DNA of 60,478 nt, filler included. It is 7 parts of 7 records of this genome, joined end to end, with 100 filler letters (N's around TTAATTAATTAA, not from the genome) between each part and the next. Parts side by side here need not be neighbours in the genome. Positions count along the whole stretch, not along the records: positions 7,288 to 13,604 come from SRR31156797_16182; positions 13,705 to 18,799 come from SRR31156797_16183; positions 18,900 to 28,493 come from SRR31156797_16185; 4 more parts are not named here. The stretch is one strand, 5' to 3'. This document shows, one piece after another, positions 9,282-19,353 of the stretch. The first letter of the stretch is position 1. Each line of letters begins with the position of its first letter. The position numbers and the translations under genes were made by a program. The notes under the pieces were generated by a model that was not told the DNA's origin, made no database searches, and saw only the letters and a program-made list of their open reading frames with translations.

Positions 9282-10556
9282 GTGAACAATAAAACCGATA
9301 AAATAGGTAATTACCGTTGGCGGATAGTGGTACTTTTATTTTTTGCCACTACTATCAATTATATCGACCGTCAGGTACTTGGAATACTTGCTCCTGAGCT
9401 TGAGGGTATTTTTAACTGGTCGGAGTCGGACTATGGCTATATAATTTCAGCATTTCAAATTGCCTATGCCATTGGGCTGGTAACTACCGGAACCATTCTC
9501 GATCGGATTGGTACAAAAAAGGGGTTTTCTATTGCTATTGTTTTATGGAGTATTGCAGGTGTTGCACATGCTGCAGCACGTGGTGTATTTGGCTTTGCAG
9601 CATCGCGATTTGCCCTGGGAATTGGGCAATCGGCAAATTTTCCGGCAGCGGTTAAAACGGTAGCCGAGTGGTTTCCTAAAAAGGAACGCGCTTTGGCAAC
9701 CGGTATTTTTAACTCGGGTCCGAATATAGGAGCCATTGTAACGCCTCTGCTTATTCCGGTAATTGCATTGGCCTGGGGATGGCAACGGGCGTTTATTCTT
9801 ACAGGAGCCCTGGGATTTATCTGGTTGATATTTTGGGTGCTTACTTATAAAAGACCTGAAGTAAACACCAAGTTAAGTGCGACCGAAAGAGCGCATATTC
9901 TTCAGGATGGTGAAGAACCAGTTGAACAAACTATTCCGTGGGAAAAAATTATTGGGCATAAACAAACACTGGGTATTTGCCTGGCACGTTTTGTAACCGA
10001 TCCAATCTGGTGGTTTTTCCTGTATTGGCTGCCGAAGTTTCTGAATTCGAAGTACGGAATAGACCTGACTAATATTGGATTGCCGTTGGTTACAATATAT
10101 GTTATTTCAATAGGTGGATCTATCCTTGGCGGATGGATGTCTTCGCAAATGATAAACCGTGGTAAAAATCCGGTTGCAGCACGAAAAATTACCATTTTAT
10201 TGATGGCGGTTTTAGTGGTGCCCATTTATTTTGTCTCCGGAATTTCGAACATGTGGCTGGCTGTACTCTTTATTTCCATGGCAGCTTTTGCGCACCAGGG
10301 GTATGCAGCTAACATTTTCACAATCGTTTCCGATATATATCCAAAAAATGCTGTTGGCTCTGTTGTTGGTCTTTCGGGTTTTGCCGGAGCCATAGGTGGT
10401 GTATTGTTTTCAGCAGCAGTAGGACTTATACTGGAATTTACAGGAAGTTATCATGTTGTTTTTGGAATTGCCAGTGTTGCCTATTTGTTGTGCTGGTTGG
10501 CATTAAAATTATTTGTGCCTGATAATAAGATCATTCAGATTAAAAATATAAATTAA
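9282..10556 (+). CDS. exuT: MFS transporter, ExuT-like hexuronate transporter
   Basis: YRWRIVVLLFFATTINYIDRQ, EWFPKKERALATGIFNSG, DPIWWFFLYWLP; about 12 TM. Confidence 0.8.
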   Translation: MNNKTDKIGNYRWRIVVLLFFATTINYIDRQVLGILAPELEGIFNWSESDYGYIISAFQIAYAIGLVTTGTILDRIGTKKGFSIAIVLWSIAGVAHAAARGVFGFAASRFALGIGQSANFPAAVKTVAEWFPKKERALATGIFNSGPNIGAIVTPLLIPVIALAWGWQRAFILTGALGFIWLIFWVLTYKRPEVNTKLSATERAHILQDGEEPVEQTIPWEKIIGHKQTLGICLARFVTDPIWWFFLYWLPKFLNSKYGIDLTNIGLPLVTIYVISIGGSILGGWMSSQMINRGKNPVAARKITILLMAVLVVPIYFVSGISNMWLAVLFISMAAFAHQGYAANIFTIVSDIYPKNAVGSVVGLSGFAGAIGGVLFSAAVGLILEFTGSYHVVFGIASVAYLLCWLALKLFVPDNKIIQIKNIN

Positions 10557-10561
10557 GAAAA

Positions 10562-11671
10562 ATGAGGATAGTTATTTTATTTATTGTTTCAGTTATTATC
10601 GTGTCGTGTGTTGGACAAAGATCATCCTTGCCAAAGGTGGTAACTCCTGAAAAAATGCAGGAAGTTTACGAAGAAGTAAAAACTTCCTTTAAATATGGTT
10701 TGGTTGTGGCACCCGAGAACGATTCTCTTAAAATTGATTGTCCAACCGTTTTTCAAAAGGATGGGAAATGGTACATGACCTATTTTTATTTTGATGGACG
10801 TGGATACGAAACCTGGTTAGCTCAAAGTAATGATTTATTGAACTGGGAGGAACTGGGTAAAGTAATGTCATTCTCCGATACAACGGACTGGGATGCCAAC
10901 CAAAAAGCAGGCTACCCAAGTTTACAGGATCCAACCTGGGGCGGTACCTACGAATTAAATAAATTGGATGGAAAATACTGGATGCCATATTTTGGAGGAA
11001 GTTCAACGGGTTACGAAAGCGGATTATTATCGATTGGAATGGCTTATACTGAAAAAGATCCCGCAAGTGTACACGAATGGCAACGTTTTGAAAAACCTGT
11101 TTTTATGGCCACTGATGATGATGCCCGATGGTGGGAGAACAGCACAATTTATAAAACCTGGGTATTGTTAGATGAAAGCAAAACTACCGGCTATCCTTAT
11201 GTGATGTATTACAATGCCCGAGGCGATAGTATTAATCCAAAACGTGGAGCTGAAAGAATTGGTATGGCTGTATCAGAAGATATGGTGAACTGGCAACGTT
11301 TCGGAGAAGACCCCATTATCAACCATCATAAAGGAATATCGGGTGATGCTGTTATTCAAAAAATGGATGACATATGGGTAATGTTTTATTTTGGGGCGTT
11401 TTGGCCAAACCGAAAAGATCACGACGCTTTTAACCGTTTCGCCTGTTCTTACGACCTGGTTAACTGGACCGAATGGGAAGGAGAGGACTTAATCGCTCCT
11501 TCAGAACCTTTCGACAACTGGTTTGCCCATAAATCGTGTGTGGTAAAACACAATGGTGTGGTGTACCATTTTTATTGTGCTGTTAACCGAGGTCACGACC
11601 GTGGAATTGCTGTGGCCACTTCAAAGGACTTAGGAAAAAGCCAGCTTACATTTAAACCAAAACAAAACTAA
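10562..11671 (+). CDS. Lipoprotein five-bladed propeller glycosidase, GH137-like (beta-L-arabinofuranosidase)
   Basis: Lipobox IVSC; VYEEVKT.FKYGLV, DCPTVF, GYETWLA, ERIGMAVS recall the GH137 domain of BT0996 (recalled, not aligned). Confidence 0.65.
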   Translation: MRIVILFIVSVIIVSCVGQRSSLPKVVTPEKMQEVYEEVKTSFKYGLVVAPENDSLKIDCPTVFQKDGKWYMTYFYFDGRGYETWLAQSNDLLNWEELGKVMSFSDTTDWDANQKAGYPSLQDPTWGGTYELNKLDGKYWMPYFGGSSTGYESGLLSIGMAYTEKDPASVHEWQRFEKPVFMATDDDARWWENSTIYKTWVLLDESKTTGYPYVMYYNARGDSINPKRGAERIGMAVSEDMVNWQRFGEDPIINHHKGISGDAVIQKMDDIWVMFYFGAFWPNRKDHDAFNRFACSYDLVNWTEWEGEDLIAPSEPFDNWFAHKSCVVKHNGVVYHFYCAVNRGHDRGIAVATSKDLGKSQLTFKPKQN

Positions 11672-11672
11672 T

Positions 11673-13604
11673 ATGAGACCATCAATATTATTAACTATTC
11701 TTACAGTATTGTTTTTTGTTTCTTGTTCCAATCAGCCGGAAAAGATTCGGGAAAGCGATTTGTTTACTTCCGGTTGGAAGTTTGTTCAGCAAGACATTGA
11801 AGGTGCGGAGGCTCCGGACTTTGATGATTCAGAATGGAGAATGCTGAATTTGCCACACGATTGGAGTATTGAAGGCGATTTTAGTGAAGAACACCCTGCT
11901 GGTACTGCCGGAGGGGCGTTGCCCGGAGGAGTTGGTTGGTACCGTAAATCTTTTAATCTGGCCGAAACCGATAGCAGCAAACACATCTCAATTGATTTTG
12001 ATGGCGTTTATCAAAACAGTGAGGTTTGGATTAATGGAAAATACCTGGGAATACGTCCATACGGGTACAGTGCCTTTCAATACAATTTAACTCCTTTTTT
12101 GAAGTTTGGTGAAGAAGAGAACGTACTTACCGTAAAGGTTGATAATTCACTTCAACCCAATTCTCGCTGGTATACAGGTTCTGGTATCTACCGGAATGTT
12201 TGGCTAACCAAAACCGGAAAAACACATGTAAAACCCTGGGGAGCTTTTGTTACAACACCAAAGGTTTCAACAAAAAAAGCCATAGTTGAATTGCAACTTA
12301 GTCTTGAAAAAAGTGCTCAATCGGGCATTTTGGTAGAAACAGTAATTGAGAACCGGGAAGGAAAAGTAGTTGCTAAAGCAAAAACAGGAGACTTTGAAAA
12401 TATTCAGCAAAATTTTGAAATAGAACGTCCTCATTTATGGTCAGTTGAGGATCCTTATTTATATACGGCTAAAACCTACGTATACGTTAATGGAAATCTT
12501 TCTGATAACATTGAAACCACTTTCGGAATACGAACTTTTTATTTTGATGCTAAAAAAGGATTCTTTTTAAATGGTGAGCCTTTAAAAATTCATGGTGTTA
12601 ACCATCATCATGACATGGGAGCCCTTGGTGCTGCCGTAAATGTAAGGGCCATGGAGCGTCAACTGGAAATTTATAGGGCCATGGGGGCTAATGCTATCCG
12701 AATGGCACACAATCCTCCAGCTCGCGAATTGCTTGATTTATGCGATAGAATGGGATTTCTGGTAATGGATGAAGCTTTTGATATGTGGGCAAAAAAGAAA
12801 AATAAATACGACTATCATTTATTTTGGGATGAGTGGCATAAGCGAGACCTGGAAACCATGGTCTTGCGTGATAGAAACCACCCTTCAATAATTGCCTGGT
12901 CGATTGGTAACGAAATTCGCGAACAATTTGATGAAACCGGAATAAGCATTACCAAAGAGCTCGTAACGACTGTAAAGGCTTTGGATTCAACCCGGCCTGT
13001 AACTTCCGGGCTAACCGAACAAGATCCGTCAAAAAACTTTATTTACCAGTCGAAAGCACTGGATTTGATTTGCTTTAACTATAAACACAAGGAATATCGT
13101 GATTTTCCCAAAAACTTCCCGGGAGAGAAAATGCTGGCCGCAGAAACCATGTCGGCTCTTTCAACCCGCGGACACTACGATATGCCTTCAGACAGTATTC
13201 GAATTTGGCCACCGGCACATAATGTGGAATTTGATGGGAATCCTGATTTTACAGTATCGGCATACGACAATGCCTATGCCTACTGGGGAACAACCCACGA
13301 AAGCAACTGGGAAGTAATTTCAAAAAACGATTTTATAGGAGGTATGTTTATCTGGGCAGGATTTGATTACCTGGGAGAACCAATTCCTTATCCATATCCG
13401 GCCCGAAGTAGCTACCTGGGGATTATTGATTTGGCTGGATTCCCAAAAGATGCTTATTATCTCTACCAAAGTTTATGGACCGATAAACCGATGCTTCATT
13501 TATTTCCACATTGGAACTGGGAAGAAGGACAGGATATTGATGTGTGGGCCTATTACAACAATGCCGACGAAGTGGAACTATATGTAAACGAAGAGTCGCA
13601 GGGA
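11673..13604 (+). CDS. GH2 beta-galactosidase-like lipoprotein, 3'-truncated
   Basis: Lipobox FVSC; LPHDWSIE, GWYRK, SRWYTGSGIYR, RDRNHPSIIAWSIGNE (acid/base), GFDYLGEP. Confidence 0.92.
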
Positions 13605-13704
13605 NNNNNNNNNNNNNNNNNNNNNNNNNNNNNNNNNNNNNNNNNNNNTTAATTAATTAANNNNNNNNNNNNNNNNNNNNNNNNNNNNNNNNNNNNNNNN
13701 NNNN
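13605..13704. other. Artificial contig spacer
   Basis: N run with TTAATTAATTAA. Confidence 0.98.
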
Positions 13705-14276
13705 ATGACCGATGCTGACAAGTCGGTCTTCAACTCCGTATCTTCCCAAAATGTTACTCCATTTCCATGATCATTGGAGGAACCAACATCATGCTTCCAG
13801 CACAAAAACAAGTAGCGAGGCACTCTGTCAGGTAATATTACCGTATCACCGAGAATAAAGGGAAAAGGAGGAAGGTGCCGCTTATATCTCCTTAAAACTG
13901 GCTTTAAGATAGACGTTTCAGAGGTAGTTTAATGTTCTGCAGAAATTACTGATAAGATTAATCATACCTGAAATGGCCTGTCTTCTGCCGTTTTCGGCAC
14001 TGAAAACCGGTTCAATTTGCCTTCATCAGGAGTTATTTTAGAAATGGACAGGAATAGTGTAAAGTTGCAGGTTTGCTTAAATGGTTTGTATGGCCAGTAC
14101 GAACCTATCTCCCTGCGTTCAATTTATCTTCATAACGCCGCCTCTGATACAATTTTAACGCTGTTAGCGTTTCCGGAAAACACACTCGATGATACACGCG
14201 CAATTGATAACTTTCAGGGCAAATAGTAGCAAGCCTAACTTTTGATGAACATGTGGAATGCTAAGGTTTGATCGAG

Positions 14277-15059
14277 TTATCTATTGTTAAATTGTGCCTT
14301 TCGTTTTTCGATAAAAGCAGCCATGCCCTCTTTTTGATCAGCAGTGGAAAAAAGACCACCAAAGATGGAGCTTTCATGCAAGATAGCATCAGCTTTGGGC
14401 ATATTCATGCCGCTACGAATGGTTTCTTTGGCAAAGCCAATTGCCAGTAGCCCGTTGTTTATTATTGTTTCAGCACCTTTTTTCGCTTCATCCAGAAGCA
14501 TCTCCTGTTTAACCACCTTATTTACAATCCCCCATGCTTCTGCTTTGAGGGCATCAAGTTTCTGGCCGCTGAAAATCAATTCTCTTGATCTGTTTGGTCC
14601 AATAAGGCGTGGAAGATTTTGCGTTCCCCCAAATCCAGGCATGATGCCAAGGGTAACTTCAGGTAGACCCAAAAAGGCGTTAGTTGACGCATAGATAAAG
14701 TCGCAGGCTAGGGCAAATTCAAATCCGCCCCCAAGGGCATACCCATTTACAGCAGCGATAACCACTTTATTCATGGTTTCGATATTACGGATAAGCTCTT
14801 GTCCTTTTCTTGAGAACTCCATGGCCTGGACAGTATTCATGTCCCTCATTTCCACTATATCTGCCCCTGCAACAAAAGCCTTATCACCAGACCCGGTAAG
14901 TATGACAGCCTTAACTGACGTGTTTCTTTCAATACTGTTAAAAGTGGTGGTTAGCTCTTCAATCAGTTCACTGTTCAGGGCGTTTAAGCTTTTTGGCCTG
15001 TTGATTGTTACAGTGCATATACCGTGTTCATGGTTTATTTTTACAATTGGTTCTCCCAT
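14277..15059 (-). CDS. Enoyl-CoA hydratase / crotonase
   Basis: INRPKSLNALN, AFVAGADI, AAVNGYALGGGFE, GLPEVTLGIMPGFGGTQ (both catalytic Glu present). Confidence 0.93.
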   Translation of the reverse strand: MGEPIVKINHEHGICTVTINRPKSLNALNSELIEELTTTFNSIERNTSVKAVILTGSGDKAFVAGADIVEMRDMNTVQAMEFSRKGQELIRNIETMNKVVIAAVNGYALGGGFEFALACDFIYASTNAFLGLPEVTLGIMPGFGGTQNLPRLIGPNRSRELIFSGQKLDALKAEAWGIVNKVVKQEMLLDEAKKGAETIINNGLLAIGFAKETIRSGMNMPKADAILHESSIFGGLFSTADQKEGMAAFIEKRKAQFNNR

Positions 15060-15077
15060 TTTTTAAGCACCTTCTGG

Positions 15078-15947
15078 TTAGTATATGTTTGAGCTTGTAA
15101 GGACCCATTGTAATAGTTCATTGGCGTGCGGAGAAATTTTTGTAGCACAGTTTTCGCAAGGGTTTGCAGACTTACCACCCACAATAGCATTGGCAAAATA
15201 AACATTTGCAGAGCCCGGTTTCCTAAAGTATAGGGGGCTTCCGCTGGAACCTCCACATTGGGTGCCAATATAGTATTGTCGATACTTATCTTCTTTTTCA
15301 AGCTCGTCAATAGATGAGGTCATACCTTCGCCAGACTTATCACTTGAATACCCGCAGCGAACAATAAATCGGGAGGTAAAACCGTAGTTTTCTTCAGCCT
15401 CATCGCTCTCGTAGTGTGGAGGGAGCCACATATTAAAATTTGGGCTGTCTAACCCGAGTCCTGGTATTACAATTGCGCCGATATCGTGTGGGCTGTTCGT
15501 TTCATTATAGTGTCTGCTTTTGAAAAACCTTTTTGAGTGTACAACACCGTATGGGGTCTTGTTGGTATCATGAAGCGCTTGATACACTGTTACGGAGTCA
15601 GCATAAACTTGTCTAACCGCATCGTAGATGCAGTGAGCAGAAGTGAGAATTAGCTTGTTGGTTACCTTAAACCCGGTTGCCCTATAATATGTATCCCCGA
15701 ATTGTATTCTTATATAACAAATCGGATGTACTGTAAGATTTGCCCGATATGACGGGTGCACAGGATGTTTTCTGTTGTCTACGCATCCGCTTTCTGCAAG
15801 AGGGGCAAATTCATCGAAATACCTTTCCTCTATTGGAGGGATAATCCAAATTTCATCAGCTTCATTGGAACCGATAGACAGTATCCTGTCTATACGGTCA
15901 CCACCATTTTCACTGTTATCATCAAAGTTACAATCTGTCTGAAACAT
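15078..15947 (-). CDS. Trypsin-like serine protease (V8/glutamyl-endopeptidase-like)
   Basis: Catalytic triad motifs LTSAHC, HDIG, GGSSGSP. Confidence 0.8.
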   Translation of the reverse strand: MFQTDCNFDDNSENGGDRIDRILSIGSNEADEIWIIPPIEERYFDEFAPLAESGCVDNRKHPVHPSYRANLTVHPICYIRIQFGDTYYRATGFKVTNKLILTSAHCIYDAVRQVYADSVTVYQALHDTNKTPYGVVHSKRFFKSRHYNETNSPHDIGAIVIPGLGLDSPNFNMWLPPHYESDEAEENYGFTSRFIVRCGYSSDKSGEGMTSSIDELEKEDKYRQYYIGTQCGGSSGSPLYFRKPGSANVYFANAIVGGKSANPCENCATKISPHANELLQWVLTSSNIY

Positions 15948-16070
15948 TAGGATCTCAATGCAATCGGAAATAGTTGATATATTGAAGTTGTTTGTAAAGA
16001 TTAGGCAATTTTTTCAACCTAAATTTCTCTTCACTATTTATAACTGCTTACAGGGCAGTTACGGCCCAAG

Positions 16071-16940
16071 TTAAAACGCCCTCAAATGATCAGGCTTAAG
16101 GCTGACCTCCCCGCTAAGTGCTCTATCAATCAGACGAAGCGTTTCAGCTTTTTCCTCGGGAAGTCGTGCCTTGATTGGCAAATAGTTGGACGCATGGTTG
16201 GCGTGAAAATATCCGTCTGTCAGTTCGGTAGACTCAATCATTGTCCGAAGTTCAGCAAGCATCTCCATGGTATCGGGAAGTTGAAAATCGCCGCGCTCAG
16301 ACTCCTCATACAGCGGGGTTCCAGGATTGAGCATAAGGCTTAACACACCGACATACTTTGGATCAATGGCTGTGAGCACCCTGCCGGTTTCCCTGGCATG
16401 GGCCAGGGAGCGTTCCCGCCCGGCAACGCCGATCAGTACAGTTAAAGACAGGGTCATTCCGCTCGCTACAAGCTTTTTCCCCATTTCAATTTGGCGATTG
16501 CTGTCAGATCCCTTACGAATTCTCTCAAGGGTTACATCGTCCCCTGACTCAATGCCCATATAAGCAATATCCAAACCGGTCTGATGCAGTTCCAGTAGCT
16601 CCTGCTCTGACTTCATGGCAATACTCTTGGTATTGGCATAGATGCCTATCCTGTTCAGCCAGGGCAGTTTTTCCTTGATTCTCCCAATGATGTTAAGCAG
16701 ACGCTTTTGTGGTACAATCAAAGCATCACCATCGCAGATAAAAAGCCGGTCCAGTCGTTTATAGTGCTGCTCGGCAAAGTCAATGTCTGCCATAATGGTC
16801 TCATCATCCTTAATAGAAAACCGGCTATCCTTATACATATCGCAAAAGGTGCACTTGTTGTGGGAACAGCCGGTTGTGACCTGTAGTAAAATTGATTTTG
16901 CCTCACTTGGTGGTCGAAAGATGTCGCCCTGATAATCCAT
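16071..16940 (-). CDS. Radical SAM protein
   Basis: CSHNKCTFC (CxxxCxxC), FRPPSE, GIESGDD, NHASNYL. Confidence 0.9.
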   Translation of the reverse strand: MDYQGDIFRPPSEAKSILLQVTTGCSHNKCTFCDMYKDSRFSIKDDETIMADIDFAEQHYKRLDRLFICDGDALIVPQKRLLNIIGRIKEKLPWLNRIGIYANTKSIAMKSEQELLELHQTGLDIAYMGIESGDDVTLERIRKGSDSNRQIEMGKKLVASGMTLSLTVLIGVAGRERSLAHARETGRVLTAIDPKYVGVLSLMLNPGTPLYEESERGDFQLPDTMEMLAELRTMIESTELTDGYFHANHASNYLPIKARLPEEKAETLRLIDRALSGEVSLKPDHLRAF

Positions 16941-17039
16941 GTCTCAGTATTCTCCTGATTTGTTATATCCTTTAGAGGGTACAATCATTACTTGAAATTA
17001 CTCATAATAGGTGGCGATATTAGGCTACGCGCTCAAGCA

Positions 17040-17401
17040 CAACACCACTCTATCCTGCAGTTGTCATGATGATCAATGCGGATCTTGTTTTCAAAGACCA
17101 GCCAACCTTGATTCCTCAATATCTCCTATACTCCTGGTACCCAACTGAATGGTTCATACCCAGATCATAGCCGGTGATGAGCACCTCTTCACCTAGGGAA
17201 AACGTGCTGTCATTGCTTTTACCAACGGTTCCATACTGCATCAATGCAGGGAGTATGTGGGGGAGTACTGGCTGCAGAGAAAGCATTTTTATAGTTGAGA
17301 AAAAAGTACTCAACTTTGATGACCACATTACGGCAAAGCGCCTTAACCTTTCTTTTACAATATGACCAGTCGTCTTGAAGTGCAAGTAAATTTTTTATCA
17401 T
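17040..17401 (-). pseudogene. Degraded YhdH/AcuI-family (acryloyl-CoA reductase-like) oxidoreductase
   Basis: Fragments in different frames: VVIKVEYFFLNYKNAFSA (cf. VxYSSLNYKDALA) and GEEVLITGYDLGMNHSVGYQEY; frameshifts and stops; boundaries approximate. Confidence 0.7.
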
Positions 17402-17811
17402 TTTATTTTGAGGCGTAAAACCTCTTGTATTGTACGCATAGATAACCTCTTCTCTGGCATGGAAACCTCCTGGATAATTAATCAGAAGGTCCCATCTACC
17501 ATTCAGGGTCTATGCGTCGCTACTATCCAAAAAAGTGGCCGGATTCCTCTGGAATTACCGGCCGGAATGGCCTGGAATATACACCCAATGAACATACAAG
17601 AACTCAAGCAATCAATTTTGCGATTCATGAGGTCGCTGAGTATGTTGCCGGATAAAATAGCCAGTTTCTTCATGCATCCGTATGGAAAGTTTCCATGTGA
17701 CTGTGTCGGGTATTTAGCGACCGCCGTAATATTGCTTTTTATAGTGGCACGTTGTGTGATAGACTGATTCTATATATATCCAATCAATTTTTTTTCTAGG
17801 GAGGTTCACCT

Positions 17812-18799
17812 GTGCCTAAGATCACCCACCGAATAAAAAATGTATTATGGATTCTCTTTCTGACTGTTGTGCTTTTTAAATTATTTCAATTTTACAAGAC
17901 GGAAGCATCAACCAACAATCAGGTGTTAATTGTCTCTGGAATTCTATTTGCTACCAACGTTTTTCTTCTCTATTTACACCACAGGAAACAACGTTTGATT
18001 TTTTTCCTGGAAGGATCACTGGACGCTCTCGAGCTACCTGTAACCACAACCGACATGAACATGAAATGGGTTTTTGTTAATAAAATCACTGAAAGCCTGC
18101 TTGTGCAGCGCAACTTAAATAAAAGGAACGTTATAGGAAAACATTGTTCCAACTGGAAGGCTGATATCTGCGAAACGGAAAACTGTGGTATCCGTTGTTT
18201 GCGCAATGGAAAAACTAGAACACATTACAATCAGGACGTCCCAAGCCAGCCAAGTGTTTATATGCAAGTTGACACCCAATATATCACTGATGACAGTGGT
18301 AAGAAAATTGGGCATGTAGAATTTGTAACGAATGTAGATGCTTTAAAGCAGCTAAAAACTGTAGTTGAAGTTCTTGCTCCAACATCTGAGACCTTGCTTG
18401 ACCTTTCAAGGGGAGTAGCCATAAACTCAGAAGAACTTTCAGAAAGATCTGGGTCATTGACCGCTTCATCCGAAGAAATGTCTGGGAATATGAATGGTGT
18501 GTCTTCGGCAATGGAGGAGTCTACTACCAATGTAAGCATGGTGGCTTCAGCCGGAGAGGAAATGTCGGCAACGATAACTGAGATATCAGAAAATACTGAG
18601 AAAGCCCGTTTAATTACAGAGGAAGCAGTTGCTCATTCCGCAGATACCTCGGATCAGGTTGATAAGCTCGGAGATTCTGTTGGGGAAATCGGCAAAGTAG
18701 TTGAGACTATTTCAGAGATTTCCGAACAAGTAAACCTTCTCGCATTGAATGCAACTATTGAAGCTGCAAGAGCAGGAGAGGCGGGCAAGGGTTTTGCTG
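17812..18799 (+). CDS. Methyl-accepting chemotaxis protein with two N-terminal TM helices and a PAS domain, 3'-truncated
   Basis: [27 protein letters not shown] signalling hairpin; GGAGG SD before GTG. Confidence 0.92.
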
Positions 18800-18899
18800 N
18801 NNNNNNNNNNNNNNNNNNNNNNNNNNNNNNNNNNNNNNNNNNNTTAATTAATTAANNNNNNNNNNNNNNNNNNNNNNNNNNNNNNNNNNNNNNNNNNNN
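18800..18899. other. Artificial contig spacer
   Basis: N run with TTAATTAATTAA. Confidence 0.98.
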
Positions 18900-18900
18900 T

Positions 18901-18990
18901 TGTCCAAGGCCGACTATAACCAATTGCCCACGACCGACGTTAGCACGTTGCCCACGGCCGACCCTTGCCGGCTGCCCTCGTCCAACATTC
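18901..18990 (+). repeat. 24-bp coding tandem repeat (4 visible units)
   Basis: Units at 18901, 18925, 18949, 18973; the CPRPT codons differ only synonymously (TGT CCA AGG CCG ACT / TGC CCA CGA CCG ACG / TGC CCA CGG CCG ACC / TGC CCT CGT CCA ACA). Confidence 0.92.
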
Positions 18991-19227
18991 TCAGCCGCCA
19001 TGTGTACTCCTCCACCACCAATGATGTATGAGTATGATATGCCTGAGTATTGGGATGATGAGGGATACTATGATTACTATGGTGAGGATGAGTGGTATGG
19101 CATGTATGATGCTGGTGAAGCCGGGTACTGGGAAGATGAGGTGGAGCAGGCTGCTTATGATGAAGAAGAATGGTACGATGATGAAGCCTACGATGAGTGG
19201 GACATAGATGATGAGGAGGAGTGGTAG
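18901..19227 (+). CDS. 5'-truncated putative RiPP precursor/substrate: tandem CPRPTxxx repeats plus acidic-aromatic C-terminal tail
   Basis: The frame of ORF 19000-19227 is open back to the contig edge: CPRPTITN CPRPTLAR CPRPTLAG CPRPTFSAAM CTPPPP MMYEYD...DDEEEW*; directly upstream of kinase/lyase/LanC. Confidence 0.85.
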   Translation, partial: CPRPTITNCPRPTLARCPRPTLAGCPRPTFSAAMCTPPPPMMYEYDMPEYWDDEGYYDYYGEDEWYGMYDAGEAGYWEDEVEQAAYDEEEWYDDEAYDEWDIDDEEEW

Positions 19228-19265
19228 AATTATAATTTCCTACAAAGGAAATGTTAACTACTGTA

Positions 19266-19300
19266 ACCGTGGGCCGTAAAACGCCCGCGGTAATTTTTTT
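19266..19300 (+). terminator. Stem-loop/terminator between precursor and modification genes
   Basis: ACCGTGGGC-loop-GCCCGCGGT (one G-U) followed by AA and T7. Confidence 0.75.
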
Positions 19301-19353
19301 CTGCACATTATCACTGTTTGTAAGGAGAAAGGATCATTTATCCTGCAGAGCTA

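Noticed and set aside
13705-14270. Possible gene remnants or transposase fragment
   Set aside because: Only short interrupted frames; no motif or terminal repeat I can support.
17408-17767. 119-aa plus-strand ORF with TTG start
   Set aside because: No SD or recognisable motif; lies in the degraded region between the pseudogene and the MCP promoter.
19000-19227. 75-aa ORF as a complete gene starting at Met 19000
   Set aside because: No SD before it, and the frame continues upstream through conserved repeats to the contig edge.
18914-19306. His/Pro/Thr-rich 130-aa ORF on the minus strand
   Set aside because: Shadow of the GAT/GAG/TAT/TGG-rich plus-strand gene; synonymous variation in the repeats supports the plus-strand frame.
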